DNA of 64,000 bases from Candidatus Aenigmatarchaeota archaeon (GCA_038999725.1 JAWBWS010000003.1:29464-93463); one strand, 5' to 3'; shown: positions 9,126-18,845, numbered from the stretch's first letter. Made by a program: numbers and translations. Notes: generated from the sequence alone by a model not told the origin.

Positions 9126-10397
9126 TCAAAACAGCATGAATTTCCTCTTAATTAAAATTAGGGCTAAAATTATTGCTAACAAGATTAAACCCACCACTAC
9201 TACTGGGTTTGATAAAGTATCGAGTATGATTTCTCTTGTGGACTTAATGGGAATTGTGGTTGTTGTGGTTGGGAGCGTGGTTGTTGTGGTTGGGAGCGTG
9301 GTTGTTGTGGTTGGGAGCGTGGTTGTTGTGGTTGGGAGCGTGGTTGTTGTTGGTATGTAGGGTGGTATGGTGGTTGTGGTAGTAGTTGGGGCAGGTGAAC
9401 TTCCAAACATGCCAAACAAGCTGAAGCTTGTCACATTAGCATATACAAAATTGTTGACTGTATCCACACATCCAAAAGTTGGGCATGGTAAAGCATTCCA
9501 ACTTGTTCCATTCCACTTGTACAATCTTAAAGTGCTTTCATCCAGTCCCGCAACTTCATCATGGGTATAGCTGACATTAATGATAACATAAGCCAAGTTA
9601 TTTCCCAGCTCGGGACTCACCCTTATGTCCAAGAATTTAACTGGATGTAGACCCGGAATTCCAGGTGTTATGTTGCCTGTGAATGTTGTCACATTCACAT
9701 TTACATCTGATACAGTAGCATTTGTAACTATTCCCAAACTTGTGTCAGTCTCAGCAGCTAGAAGGATAAGTGTGAATATATTTTCAAGTATTTCTTGAAT
9801 TGTTTTTGAATCCTTTCCTTTAAGTCCTTCTGGCTCTTCTGGAGGCAGGATTTCAATTGTTTTATTTTTGCTGAATTTGTCCCCATTGGCATAAACTGTT
9901 AAACTAATCTTATAGGTGGTTGGTGTTATTGGGACTTTCCACCTCACATTAAATCTTAAAGTGGCAGAAGCACTCCCATACCCGTAACCATAGCCATAGC
10001 CCCAATAGTATGGTGTGCCTTCCCAATACCCATACCCGTAACCATAGCCATAGCCCATTGGTGGAACAAATTCTGTTGTAACATTAATTCCTTGACAGTG
10101 AGTTGTTTCTCCATCACTTAACTCTATATTACAACTAATTCCTGTGCCAGCAATTGGCTCAATTTTTAGTGTAACATTAGCTATAGGAATTAACTCTCCC
10201 GCATTTGTGTTTATTTCTATTGGGAAGCTTATGGTTTCCCCTCCTCTTGCTTCTGAGGGGGATTTTATATCAATCACAAAAGCTGCAAGCGGTTTTGAAG
10301 AAAGAATCAGGAAAATAAGAATAGAAGAGATGAGGATAGAAAATATTCTCTTCTTAAAAAAATTCTTGTCAAGCTCGTAAGATTTTATAAACTTCAC
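9126..10397 (-). CDS. cell-surface protein with GY repeats, a (L/I)PTTTTT repeat linker and a C-terminal TM anchor
   Basis: N-terminal hydrophobic segment; GYGYGYGYGYWEGTPYYWGYGYGYGYG; a 70-aa domain homologous to the protease C-terminal domain (YANVTSFSLFGMFG vs WANTSHFSIFGLFGA); TLPTTTTT x4; TM plus KRKFMLF. Confidence 0.65.
   Translation of the reverse strand: MKFIKSYELDKNFFKKRIFSILISSILIFLILSSKPLAAFVIDIKSPSEARGGETISFPIEINTNAGELIPIANVTLKIEPIAGTGISCNIELSDGETTHCQGINVTTEFVPPMGYGYGYGYGYWEGTPYYWGYGYGYGYGSASATLRFNVRWKVPITPTTYKISLTVYANGDKFSKNKTIEILPPEEPEGLKGKDSKTIQEILENIFTLILLAAETDTSLGIVTNATVSDVNVNVTTFTGNITPGIPGLHPVKFLDIRVSPELGNNLAYVIINVSYTHDEVAGLDESTLRLYKWNGTSWNALPCPTFGCVDTVNNFVYANVTSFSLFGMFGSSPAPTTTTTTIPPYIPTTTTLPTTTTTLPTTTTTLPTTTTTLPTTTTTIPIKSTREIILDTLSNPVVVVGLILLAIILALILIKRKFMLF
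9256..9360. repeat. about 5 tandem copies of a 21-nt unit (gtggttgttgtggttgggagc) encoding the LPTTTTT linker on the minus strand
   Basis: Direct reading of the sequence; it lies inside CDS 9126..10397. Confidence 0.85.
9975..10056. repeat. duplicated 26-nt block (catacccgtaaccatagccatagccc) encoding GYGYGYGY
   Basis: Two copies about 52 nt apart inside CDS 9126..10397. Confidence 0.7.
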
Positions 10398-10417
10398 CTC
10401 TTCTACTTAATATTTTT

Positions 10418-11656
10418 TTGAAGAACTACCTTAAATACTTTATTGGAAGAATGATAGCCCAAGCCTTTATTACAACCTCAGCCGTTTTTCTTGGAATGGG
10501 TCTAAACTATTTGTTCCATTTCTTCATGACAAGGCTTTTGAGTCCAAGCTTATATGGAGAGATTTCAATTTTAATCGGGTTTTTAACCATCATATTAGTA
10601 CCCACAGGTAGTATACAAACTGTTTTAACAAGAGAAATTGCAAAGTTAGAGAAAAGGGGGAATGAAAGAGTTATAGTCGGTTTGATAAGGAGATATTTGA
10701 GAAGCGCTTTTCTTGTAGGTTTAACTATTGCTTTGGTTTTATTCTCTTCTTCCTATATGATTGCCAAGATTTTCAAGGACGACCAACTCATTTCATCTAT
10801 TCAGTTACTGTCTCTTGGCATTCCATTCCTGTTTTTACTTCCTATATTCAAGGCATATTACCAAGGAAGGGAGAAGGTTTTTACTCTCTCAGGAATTTTG
10901 GCTGTTGAACCTTTGATAAAATTGGTCTTTGGTGTAGGCCTGGTTTTGATTGGTTTTGGATTATCTGGAGCAACACTTTCCCTAATCGCTGGTCCCATCA
11001 TTTTGGTTTTCCTTCTTCTTCCAAGAACAATTAAAATGACAAGTTTCCCCAACTATTCCATCAAATTGAAAAAATCCTTTTTCCTCATTCTTCTCACTTC
11101 AATTTCCTTAATGATTTTCTTTTATCTTGATTTGTTCTTTGTGAGATATTATCTTGGTTCAGAGCAAGCAGGCTATTACAATGTGGCTTCAATAACTTCT
11201 AAAGTTTTGTCTTACGCAACTGGTGGAGTTGTTTTGGTTTTTCTTCCAAAATCTTCCAAGCTATCCATTAAAAAGGAGAGGGGAAAAATTAAAACTTTGT
11301 TGCTTAAGTCAATCGCATTTATTACCCCAATCTTCATAGTTTTTGTGCTCTTCCCAAAGGAAATCATCTCAATTTTCTACACAGAAAAATATCTTTTTGC
11401 CTTAGGTTCCTTTACAATCCTAACCTTTGGGATGTTCATCTTTTCAATTTTCCAAATCCTTCTCTCCTTCTTTTGGTCTCAAAATTCCGAAAGGTTTCCA
11501 TTGGTTCTTTCCATTACAGCAACCTTAATTGATTTCCTACTTTTGAATTATTTCATTCCAATTAAAGGAATTGAAGGAGCAGCCATTGCAACCACACTCT
11601 CTTCCCTGGTTTTTCTCCTTCCCTCAATCTTTGTTGTTAGGGGTATGCTGATTTAA
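10418..11656 (+). CDS. polysaccharide/oligosaccharide flippase (MOP/Wzx-like), multi-pass membrane protein
   Basis: 412 aa with about 12 hydrophobic helices; its size and topology fit Wzx/MATE-like flippases; sits in a glycosyltransferase context. Confidence 0.55.
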   Translation: MKNYLKYFIGRMIAQAFITTSAVFLGMGLNYLFHFFMTRLLSPSLYGEISILIGFLTIILVPTGSIQTVLTREIAKLEKRGNERVIVGLIRRYLRSAFLVGLTIALVLFSSSYMIAKIFKDDQLISSIQLLSLGIPFLFLLPIFKAYYQGREKVFTLSGILAVEPLIKLVFGVGLVLIGFGLSGATLSLIAGPIILVFLLLPRTIKMTSFPNYSIKLKKSFFLILLTSISLMIFFYLDLFFVRYYLGSEQAGYYNVASITSKVLSYATGGVVLVFLPKSSKLSIKKERGKIKTLLLKSIAFITPIFIVFVLFPKEIISIFYTEKYLFALGSFTILTFGMFIFSIFQILLSFFWSQNSERFPLVLSITATLIDFLLLNYFIPIKGIEGAAIATTLSSLVFLLPSIFVVRGMLI

Positions 11657-13097
11657 AGAAGTAGATGTTGCCTTTCAAATTTACCAAATTTTCATTTTGG
11701 CATTTTACTGGGGAATAAACCAAAGAAATGTTGTTTTCCACCAAAAAGCTTGTGTTGGTGCAGTTCTGCTTAAAAAATTTGTAGGCATTATCCACAAGCT
11801 CAAGATATTTTTCATCTGGACCAAAAGGCATCACAGAGTAAACTCTTCTTTCAGCTATTGTTGCAAAAGCTCTTGCTTTCCATGGATCTAGCAGAACTAT
11901 CGTATCTTCTCTCGTATTTTCCTTAATCCATAGAAAGTTTTCATAATCTTCATCGTCAATCAAATAATAGTAAGGAGTTTTCAAGTTTCTTTCAATTGCA
12001 AGGAAAGAGGTTGCAACCAGGGAAATTAAAAGCAAAGCTGAACCGAAATTCTTGAACGGTTTTTCCATTTTTAGGAGTTTGGTGTAGCCAAAGCTTGCTA
12101 TTATTGACATGAGCAAGAACAAGGGAATGTAAGTCCTTTGGTAAGGGATCAACCAGTTCAAGTTTAGCCTGACGAAAAGGAAGATGTTGAGGGTTAAAGT
12201 TAAAGAAGTGAGAAGCAAGGCCCAAATCTCTTTGCTTTTTGTTTTTGCTAGAAAATAAAATCCTAAAATGAAAGATCCTGTCGGCAAGAAGCCATAAAGA
12301 GATGGGATTTCCCTCAGGTAGAACCAAAAGTTGAACTGAACCGCTTTTATTCCTTTTGTTTGAATCTCTGGGATGTAGTTTGGCAAGGAGAACAAAATCG
12401 AAGCTATTAAAACGGATAAAATTTCTTTTGCTTTTTGCTTGTTTTTTAAATTGAGCAAGAGGTAAAATCCAAGGATTGTTAATAAAACCATTGCTGTCGG
12501 TGGATGTGTATAAAGGATGAAGGTTGTTATGGCGAATAAAGCTAAATGGTTGTAGATGGGTTTGAGGTTTGTGAGTTCAAAAGCAAAGAGAAGAGCCAGG
12601 GGGATGAAGATCAAACTTAAATTTATTGGAACCAAAAACACAGGCCCACCTATTGTTACATTACTTGGAACCAAAGCTATCAATAAAGCTGAAATCAAAG
12701 CCTCCTTTTTGCCAAAAATTTTTGAAGTGAAATAAAAAACCGAAAGAATTGATAGAAAGTGGAAAAGAATTGGGAGGAAAACCCATTGTTTTACACTTAG
12801 GTTAAAAAATTTTTGGATGAAAGCTAAAGTTAAGTGCCAACCTCTTTCCAAACCTAATTCAAATGGCTTGCCAGAATACCAATCTATTTTTTGGTTTGAG
12901 GCTATCATTTTTGCCACAGAAATGTGAAACCATTCGTCTACATGCAAAGGGTAAGGGTAGTTCAAGTGGGGGTAAAAGGTTAGGAAAGAGGCTAAGAAAA
13001 GGATGAAAATCAAGCAAGCTATTTCCTTATTTTCAATTTTCTCTCTTCTCTTAGATATTCTATTATTAGGCATGCTACACCAACAACCAATAGCCAA
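11637..13097 (-). CDS. GT-C fold membrane glycosyltransferase-like protein (PMT/ArnT-like), putative
   Basis: Multi-TM protein with an acidic DE-type motif (HVDEWFH) in the first extracytoplasmic loop region, plus a C-terminal soluble domain. Confidence 0.4.
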   Translation of the reverse strand: MAIGCWCSMPNNRISKRREKIENKEIACLIFILFLASFLTFYPHLNYPYPLHVDEWFHISVAKMIASNQKIDWYSGKPFELGLERGWHLTLAFIQKFFNLSVKQWVFLPILFHFLSILSVFYFTSKIFGKKEALISALLIALVPSNVTIGGPVFLVPINLSLIFIPLALLFAFELTNLKPIYNHLALFAITTFILYTHPPTAMVLLTILGFYLLLNLKNKQKAKEILSVLIASILFSLPNYIPEIQTKGIKAVQFNFWFYLREIPSLYGFLPTGSFILGFYFLAKTKSKEIWALLLTSLTLTLNIFLFVRLNLNWLIPYQRTYIPLFLLMSIIASFGYTKLLKMEKPFKNFGSALLLISLVATSFLAIERNLKTPYYYLIDDEDYENFLWIKENTREDTIVLLDPWKARAFATIAERRVYSVMPFGPDEKYLELVDNAYKFFKQNCTNTSFLVENNISLVYSPVKCQNENLVNLKGNIYFFKSAYP

Positions 13098-13381
13098 TAG
13101 GTATAAATTGCTAATTGGTTTGCTAAAACTTCATTTTTGTAAAATGCCAAAACAATTGCTGCTAAAAAAAGTATCAGCAAAGCATAGGCTACAGGAATTC
13201 TTCCATCAAATTTGAAGAAGGTAAAAATTGGAATTAAGGCAATGAAAGACAAGAAAGTTGGCATGTCTTGAGATTTGAAAATGAAGTGGGATAAAAAAAT
13301 GGAAAAAACCACTAAAATGTAAGGAAGTTGTAATTTGGGGTCAGCCATTTTCTTTTTGATTTTTTTGGTCAAAGTGCCCAT
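13019..13381 (-). CDS. small 3-4 TM membrane protein (GtrA/DUF2304-like size class), hypothetical
   Basis: 120 aa and hydrophobic; sandwiched between two GT-C-like genes. Confidence 0.35.
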   Translation of the reverse strand: MGTLTKKIKKKMADPKLQLPYILVVFSIFLSHFIFKSQDMPTFLSFIALIPIFTFFKFDGRIPVAYALLILFLAAIVLAFYKNEVLANQLAIYTYWLLVVGVACLIIEYLREERKLKIRK

Positions 13382-16300
13382 TTTTTAGACCTTTTCTTTA
13401 AAATTTTTGGTAGAAACAATTTTTTAAAACTGATGTTTTTGCCTTTTTTCCAATCATAGATTAAGTAACCAATGCAAGCTATGAATGTTATACCGGAAAT
13501 CACTAAACCAATCTCAAACCACTCTTGAGGTTTATATCTTATTTCTATTTCATATTCTCCAGTCTTATTTATCCAGAAGCCGTTTATAACTCCATACAAA
13601 GGTATGGAGTGGTATTCTACCGTTTTTCCATTCTCCTTTATTCTTGCAACCCACAAAGGATCATAACTTTCAGCAAAGCTCAGCATGAATGGCTTAGAAG
13701 CATTCACTTGGACTTTCCAGAGGGTTGGGTCGATTTTTTGATAGCTGAGGACTTGAGCTGGAGTTTCGTTCACTTTAAATAAATCTTCTATTTTTTCATC
13801 TGAAGTGTTGGATTCTACCGAATATATCCAAGCTACATCAAGATAAGTTAACGGATATCCGTAAATTGTAACATTTTTTACCCAAACTATATTTGGAATG
13901 GGTTGCTTAGTTTCATGGCCGTGCCATATTTGTAACTGAATATACGCAACGGAAGTGTTTTTAGGCTTATACTCGTAGTTTATTTCCTTCCAGTCAAATG
14001 TTCCTTCTCCTATTCCTCCAGCATAAACACCACCAATATACTGCTTCGAAGAGTTGTATTCAAATATTTTGAAATGGACGCTTTGCCCATTCACTGCTTT
14101 GACAAAAAAGTCAAATTTATATTTCACCCCATATTTTGCTGGAATTAAAGGCGAGTTAATTGTTTTCCACCCCCAAGTTGAATTATAAAGTTCTGTTCTG
14201 AGAGCTTTTTCTTTTTCATCCCAGAAAACTTTGTATATTTGGCTTTCTTTGGTGTATTGTTTCCATTCTTCCACTTCTTCTTCATAAAAGTTCCAAGTAA
14301 ATGGTTGTAGAGTTGTGTCTGGCTCTATTTGAATTTTGTGTGGCCCTTTTTCTAAATAAATTGGCCCAAAATAGGTAAAGTTGTTGGAAGTAATTGAAAA
14401 GCTTTGATTATCAATTCTTATTTTTAAAGCTCCATACAAGTTTATGGCAAATCTGTAGAAGCCATTCTTAACAAATTCAAATTCTCGCCAGGCTTTTCCA
14501 CTTGGCGTTATGACCAAAAATTCTCCATTACTTGCTTTACCGTACTTTTCTTTCTCAGCATTTTCCCTGTAAAAATCACTCTCGCCTTCAAAGAGGTAAA
14601 TTATAGTTTTATTCCTCAACATCTCTTCAACTTCTTTTTCTTTTCTAGCTAGTTCATCACTTGTAACCAGAGCAAACAAATTGATAGCATTGAAACCTTT
14701 AATGTTCCTCAAGATGAGTTTGTGCTTACCTTTCTCCAAATAAAATTCTCCCAAATCTCCCCAAACAAATTTGTTTAATTGTTCTAAAGTGTTGAGTGAA
14801 ATCTCTTTGTTGTCTAAGAAAATTTTTATTGATCCTCCTTTTTGATTTTTAAAGTATCTTATGAGTAAATGATAATTTTCAGTCTTTTCTAGCTTAAAAT
14901 TTATTTCTAGGTCATTTGACTCTGTAAATTTAGATAGATCGTAGAGTTTAACATAATCTAGCCAATAATATGAGTTGGTTTGATTGTTTTGCCAAACCCA
15001 AAACTGTATCTTTATATATTTAGAGTCAGAAGGTATTAAAATTGTAGAGGAGAATTCCTTCCAATCAAATGTTTCATCTTGAGTAATAAAAACAAAATCA
15101 ACTTTTATTTCTTCTTTCTTCTCGTTAAAGTAAATTATCTTTGAATGAACTCCTTTAGAATCTTTACCGGATATTAAAACTTTACACTGATACCAATTGT
15201 CCGGTTTTATTGGCAAATAGTCAGTAGAAATAACTTTCCATCCCCATTCATCACCTTTTTTAATTTCAACTTGTAGGCTATAATTATCATCCTTTGATTT
15301 GGTTGAACTTGTAATATTCAGCACAAGAGGGCTCAAATTTGTAAAGTTTTGTAGAAATTTAGAATCGAAATTATAAATTAGATCATCATCTGTAGGTACT
15401 ATCTTCTCTTTTAACTTAGAAGGTGCCCATGTGAAAACCAATCCTTCACCATAATCTGATTGCCAGTTTTCTATTCCAAATTGTTCTAGGTAAGGATGCC
15501 AGCCCCCATGAAGAGGGTCAGAAGTTGATGCTCTTGACCATAGCTTTGACGGGTTGTGGCGATATGTAGAGTCGAATGTTTTTATCAAGAAAGAATTTTT
15601 GGAAAAGATATTAGAATAAAAATCTGGATTAATTTCTAATTCTGTGGCCTCATTCTCATTCATTCCTGTTAAAACTGACAAAGAATTATTAAGCAAAGAT
15701 AACGAGCCCAATAATTTATAATCAAAATCTTTTGATGATGCTATTTTATTTTTAATGTAGATATTCTTTATTTCGTCTCTTTCTGGCAAATATATGTTAA
15801 TCCCTTCTTTCGATTCTGGATAAATATAATAAATTTTTGGGTTTTCGATTTCTAGATTTGTGATTAAAGCATCTGCTCCAGTCAAATAAGAAATATAATA
15901 AATTGTTTTTTCATCACCTTTTTTGAAAGAATGTTTTAGATATCTACTCAAATCATTTGGAAGATTTATGTAAGGTTTTCCAGTATGATGCGCTTTGAAA
16001 TTTCCTTGATAATTAGAAAGTAAAACTATGGATTTGTTATAGGGTGCTCTATCATAATGTTCTCTATCTTCGAAATAATAACCTTTTCTAAGAATCCCGT
16101 CCAAATCACCTGTAAATCTCTGCCATCCGATAATTAAAGATGATAAAATTATAATAATGCATAAAATTATTCCAATTTTTTTAAATTTCCTCATTCTAAA
16201 AATCCAAGAAAGCAAAGAAAAAATGCAAAGTGAATAACCTAAAACTACTAACGATCCAAAATAGCCAGGAACTCTAAACATCCAACCAATAGAGGGGTGG

Positions 16301-17379
16301 GTTGAAAATAATAGAAACTCATAAAATCTAGAAAAAATAGGATTAAAGTTGGTAATTCCTCTCCATAGAAAAATTCCCAATAATAAATTTGAGCTACCAA
16401 CCACCACCAAGAATTTTTCTTCTCTACTATATCTATTGAATAAAAGTATAGAAACCATCGCTAAAATAGGAATCAAGAAAAGTATAATATTAAAAATGCT
16501 TTCTGGAATAAATGGAAATGGCTTTAATTGTAGATATGGCCACCATGATGCCTTTAAAGTTAAAATGTCAGCAGGTTTATAAGCAGATGAAAACATATAC
16601 GTTGCTTCATAAGATAGCATATAGGAGGGACTAATTTTAGAGATGGGACCAATTGCTGGCAAAAACCAATAAAAATTAAAGAGTAGTAAAAAAATAGAAA
16701 TAAAAATATATTTTTTAATAATTTCTTTCAAAAAAGAAATAGTCCCTCCATAGAATATTATATACAAACTTGTAGTGATAGATAACAAAATAAAGATAAA
16801 TATAATATATCTGAAAATTGGAGTAATTGATAACGTAATTAACAAACACAAAAATAATTTTGATTTTAAATTTTTACTTCTTAAAAAATAAAGTGTAGCT
16901 ACAATTATTGTTGGGAGAAGCGAGTAAGATATTACATAGGTGTTAGGAGGTGAAAATGCTTGTATGGTATATGGATTAATAGAAAATAAAAAAGCAAAAA
17001 CAATAGATAATAAAAAAATGTTTTTATTATCGAATCCAAACAGATTTTCAATTAAATAAAAAAGAGACAGATATGGTATTAAAAATATACATATAAAATA
17101 AAAGATACAATATAATCTTGAAGATATTTCTATTTTAGAGGATAGTGAAGGAATGGTTGCTAACCACAATCTTGCTATTCCTTCATAAAATTGATATGAG
17201 CCATAGTTTGACCAAGTAAAAAAATATTGTAAAATCAATTGTGGAAAGGGTGGAATTATTACATCTCTATGTTCTACAATAATGGAAGTATTTTCGAAAA
17301 GTAAGTAACTTATACTCAAAATTCCAGTAAGCAGACTGAGCAATAAAGCAATAAAATGATATTTGTATGTTTTTGACAT
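13369..17379 (-). CDS. giant (1336 aa) polytopic membrane protein with a large extracytoplasmic beta-rich domain containing two homologous carbohydrate-binding-like repeats and a C-terminal TM; putative GT-C type glycosyltransferase (AftD/DUF3367-like architecture)
   Basis: The N-terminal ~450 aa are multi-TM. An internal repeat is visible: WKVISTDYLPIKPDNWYQCKVLISGKDSKGVHSKIIYF vs WKTINSPLIPAKYGVKYKFDFFVKAVNGQSVHFKIFEY. C-terminal TM IGLVISGITFIACIGYLIY. Confidence 0.45.
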   Translation of the reverse strand: MSKTYKYHFIALLLSLLTGILSISYLLFENTSIIVEHRDVIIPPFPQLILQYFFTWSNYGSYQFYEGIARLWLATIPSLSSKIEISSRLYCIFYFICIFLIPYLSLFYLIENLFGFDNKNIFLLSIVFAFLFSINPYTIQAFSPPNTYVISYSLLPTIIVATLYFLRSKNLKSKLFLCLLITLSITPIFRYIIFIFILLSITTSLYIIFYGGTISFLKEIIKKYIFISIFLLLFNFYWFLPAIGPISKISPSYMLSYEATYMFSSAYKPADILTLKASWWPYLQLKPFPFIPESIFNIILFLIPILAMVSILLFNRYSREEKFLVVVGSSNLLLGIFLWRGITNFNPIFSRFYEFLLFSTHPSIGWMFRVPGYFGSLVVLGYSLCIFSLLSWIFRMRKFKKIGIILCIIIILSSLIIGWQRFTGDLDGILRKGYYFEDREHYDRAPYNKSIVLLSNYQGNFKAHHTGKPYINLPNDLSRYLKHSFKKGDEKTIYYISYLTGADALITNLEIENPKIYYIYPESKEGINIYLPERDEIKNIYIKNKIASSKDFDYKLLGSLSLLNNSLSVLTGMNENEATELEINPDFYSNIFSKNSFLIKTFDSTYRHNPSKLWSRASTSDPLHGGWHPYLEQFGIENWQSDYGEGLVFTWAPSKLKEKIVPTDDDLIYNFDSKFLQNFTNLSPLVLNITSSTKSKDDNYSLQVEIKKGDEWGWKVISTDYLPIKPDNWYQCKVLISGKDSKGVHSKIIYFNEKKEEIKVDFVFITQDETFDWKEFSSTILIPSDSKYIKIQFWVWQNNQTNSYYWLDYVKLYDLSKFTESNDLEINFKLEKTENYHLLIRYFKNQKGGSIKIFLDNKEISLNTLEQLNKFVWGDLGEFYLEKGKHKLILRNIKGFNAINLFALVTSDELARKEKEVEEMLRNKTIIYLFEGESDFYRENAEKEKYGKASNGEFLVITPSGKAWREFEFVKNGFYRFAINLYGALKIRIDNQSFSITSNNFTYFGPIYLEKGPHKIQIEPDTTLQPFTWNFYEEEVEEWKQYTKESQIYKVFWDEKEKALRTELYNSTWGWKTINSPLIPAKYGVKYKFDFFVKAVNGQSVHFKIFEYNSSKQYIGGVYAGGIGEGTFDWKEINYEYKPKNTSVAYIQLQIWHGHETKQPIPNIVWVKNVTIYGYPLTYLDVAWIYSVESNTSDEKIEDLFKVNETPAQVLSYQKIDPTLWKVQVNASKPFMLSFAESYDPLWVARIKENGKTVEYHSIPLYGVINGFWINKTGEYEIEIRYKPQEWFEIGLVISGITFIACIGYLIYDWKKGKNISFKKLFLPKILKKRSKKWAL

Positions 17380-17381
17380 AA

Positions 17382-18404
17382 CTACACTTTTATTTTTGAT
17401 TTAAACTTTTTTTTCATTAGACGAAAAGATTTGCTAAGAGGTATAATTAAATTTTTCTCTCTCGGTTCTTGTAATCTTTTTTTTCTTATCTCTTTTGGAA
17501 TTTGACGGAAAAAGGCCAAAATACCATTGATTATATTTAAGCAATTTCGTGGATTCTTATATAATACTATATTTATCATAGCCTCGAAAAGAGTAAAAAT
17601 CAAAGAAATAGGAATATATTTAATTGATTCTACTGGTGTATAATTTCTAAATAATGTAATTAATTTGTTTCTGATAAACAACGATTGATAAAAGTTTACA
17701 TCTATTTTTTTCTTGTTTATAGTCCCTGATCTTATATGATATATAACCGATGTCGGTACAACGTAGCTTTTATATCCAATTTTGCGGGCCCTCCAACAAA
17801 AATCAACATCCTCATAGTACATAAAATAATCTTCATCAAAAAGGTATCCAACCTTTTGGATAACCTCTCTCTTTATGAACATTGATGCCCCCTCACAAAA
17901 GAAAACTTCAAAAGGATTCTTCAATAAGTGTTCAGGTATTACATCTATTGAGCTGAAAATGTTTCCAATAACATTCATAAAGCCAAATGTAATATCATAT
18001 TTATCTCTTTCAAAATAATTAAACATTATTGGTTGCGCAATACCTACATCCTTGTTTTTTTCTAAAAAATTAATCATATTCTTGAGCCAGTATCTATCCA
18101 CTTCTATATCATTACTTAGCAAAACTATATACTCACCCTTTGCTTTCTTTATACCTATATTGTTTGCTTTCGAGTATCCAACATTCTTCTCTAATTTAAT
18201 TATTTCAATTTTTATACGTTTTTTGTCAGAATGTTTATACACCATTTTTTTAAATAATTCATCGCTGTTATCTGAAGAGCCGTTATCAACAAAAATTATC
18301 TCATAATTTGGATAATCTAAATAAAAAAGCGACTTCCAAAGATTAGAATATTTTGCTCCATTAAAATTTAATAAAATTATACTTACTAGGGGCATTTTGT
18401 TCAT
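17382..18404 (-). CDS. family 2 glycosyltransferase
   Basis: VSIILLNFNGAKY...EIIFVDNGSSDNS is the GT2 N-terminal signature. Confidence 0.8.
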   Translation of the reverse strand: MNKMPLVSIILLNFNGAKYSNLWKSLFYLDYPNYEIIFVDNGSSDNSDELFKKMVYKHSDKKRIKIEIIKLEKNVGYSKANNIGIKKAKGEYIVLLSNDIEVDRYWLKNMINFLEKNKDVGIAQPIMFNYFERDKYDITFGFMNVIGNIFSSIDVIPEHLLKNPFEVFFCEGASMFIKREVIQKVGYLFDEDYFMYYEDVDFCWRARKIGYKSYVVPTSVIYHIRSGTINKKKIDVNFYQSLFIRNKLITLFRNYTPVESIKYIPISLIFTLFEAMINIVLYKNPRNCLNIINGILAFFRQIPKEIRKKRLQEPREKNLIIPLSKSFRLMKKKFKSKIKV

Positions 18405-18407
18405 TTT

Positions 18408-18845
18408 CTACCACAACAAATTATTTTTATCTAAAAGTAACCAAGTTTTGGGTAGATCTTCTGATTTATTTATGTTGATATTTATACCATTAATAAATTC
18501 ACCATAAGCCATCCCATCTCCAGCAACTAATCCAATAGTAGTGTTAATTTCTTTTTCGTTACATGGTAATGTAATAGATGTCTTTTTAATATAATTAAAT
18601 ATTTTCTCAGTGAAAATATTTAAATAATTCTCTTTAGCTAACTCCTCTACTACTATAGTTTTTTCGAAAGACAATTTTATTAAATTTTGTAAATAATATA
18701 TGAATTTTTCTATTATGTAATGAATTGTAGGTTTGTCATAAAGTGGTAATAATGGTTTTGGTAAAATATAACCCGAGAATCCAATTCTACTTCCCATTCC
18801 AGTAGTAGGGATAACACCTTCTTTAATTTTACTTATCTTGGCCAT
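18408..18845 (-). CDS. degenerate paralog of a sugar-phosphate nucleotidyltransferase (internal ~120-aa deletion; probable pseudogene)
   Basis: The N-terminus (KIKEGVIPTTGMGSRIGFSGYILPKPLLPLYDKPTIHYIIE) and C-terminus (EKEINTTIGLVAGDGMAYGEFINGINININ) align with CDS 21004..21792, but the central domain is missing. Confidence 0.5.
   Translation of the reverse strand: MAKISKIKEGVIPTTGMGSRIGFSGYILPKPLLPLYDKPTIHYIIEKFIYYLQNLIKLSFEKTIVVEELAKENYLNIFTEKIFNYIKKTSITLPCNEKEINTTIGLVAGDGMAYGEFINGINININKSEDLPKTWLLLDKNNLLW

Noticed and set aside
9256-9360. Tandem direct repeats considered as a possible CRISPR array
   Set aside because: The 21-nt units are contiguous with no spacers, they are coding (PT-rich linker), and there are no cas genes nearby. 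This is a coding microsatellite, not CRISPR.
9091-9415. ORFs with VVVVVGS or PQQPRSQ repeats (9091..9360 plus strand, 9200..9415 minus strand)
   Set aside because: They are alternate-frame or antisense translations of the 21-nt tandem repeat that encodes the LPTTTTT linker of the surface protein. They are not independent genes.
4200-10397. PGF-CTERM/archaeosortase sorting signal on the two surface proteins
   Set aside because: No PGF (or PEF/VPXXXP) tripeptide was found before the C-terminal TM helix in either protein. Only the generic linker-TM-basic-tail arrangement is present, so it is reported as a candidate uncharacterised signal instead.
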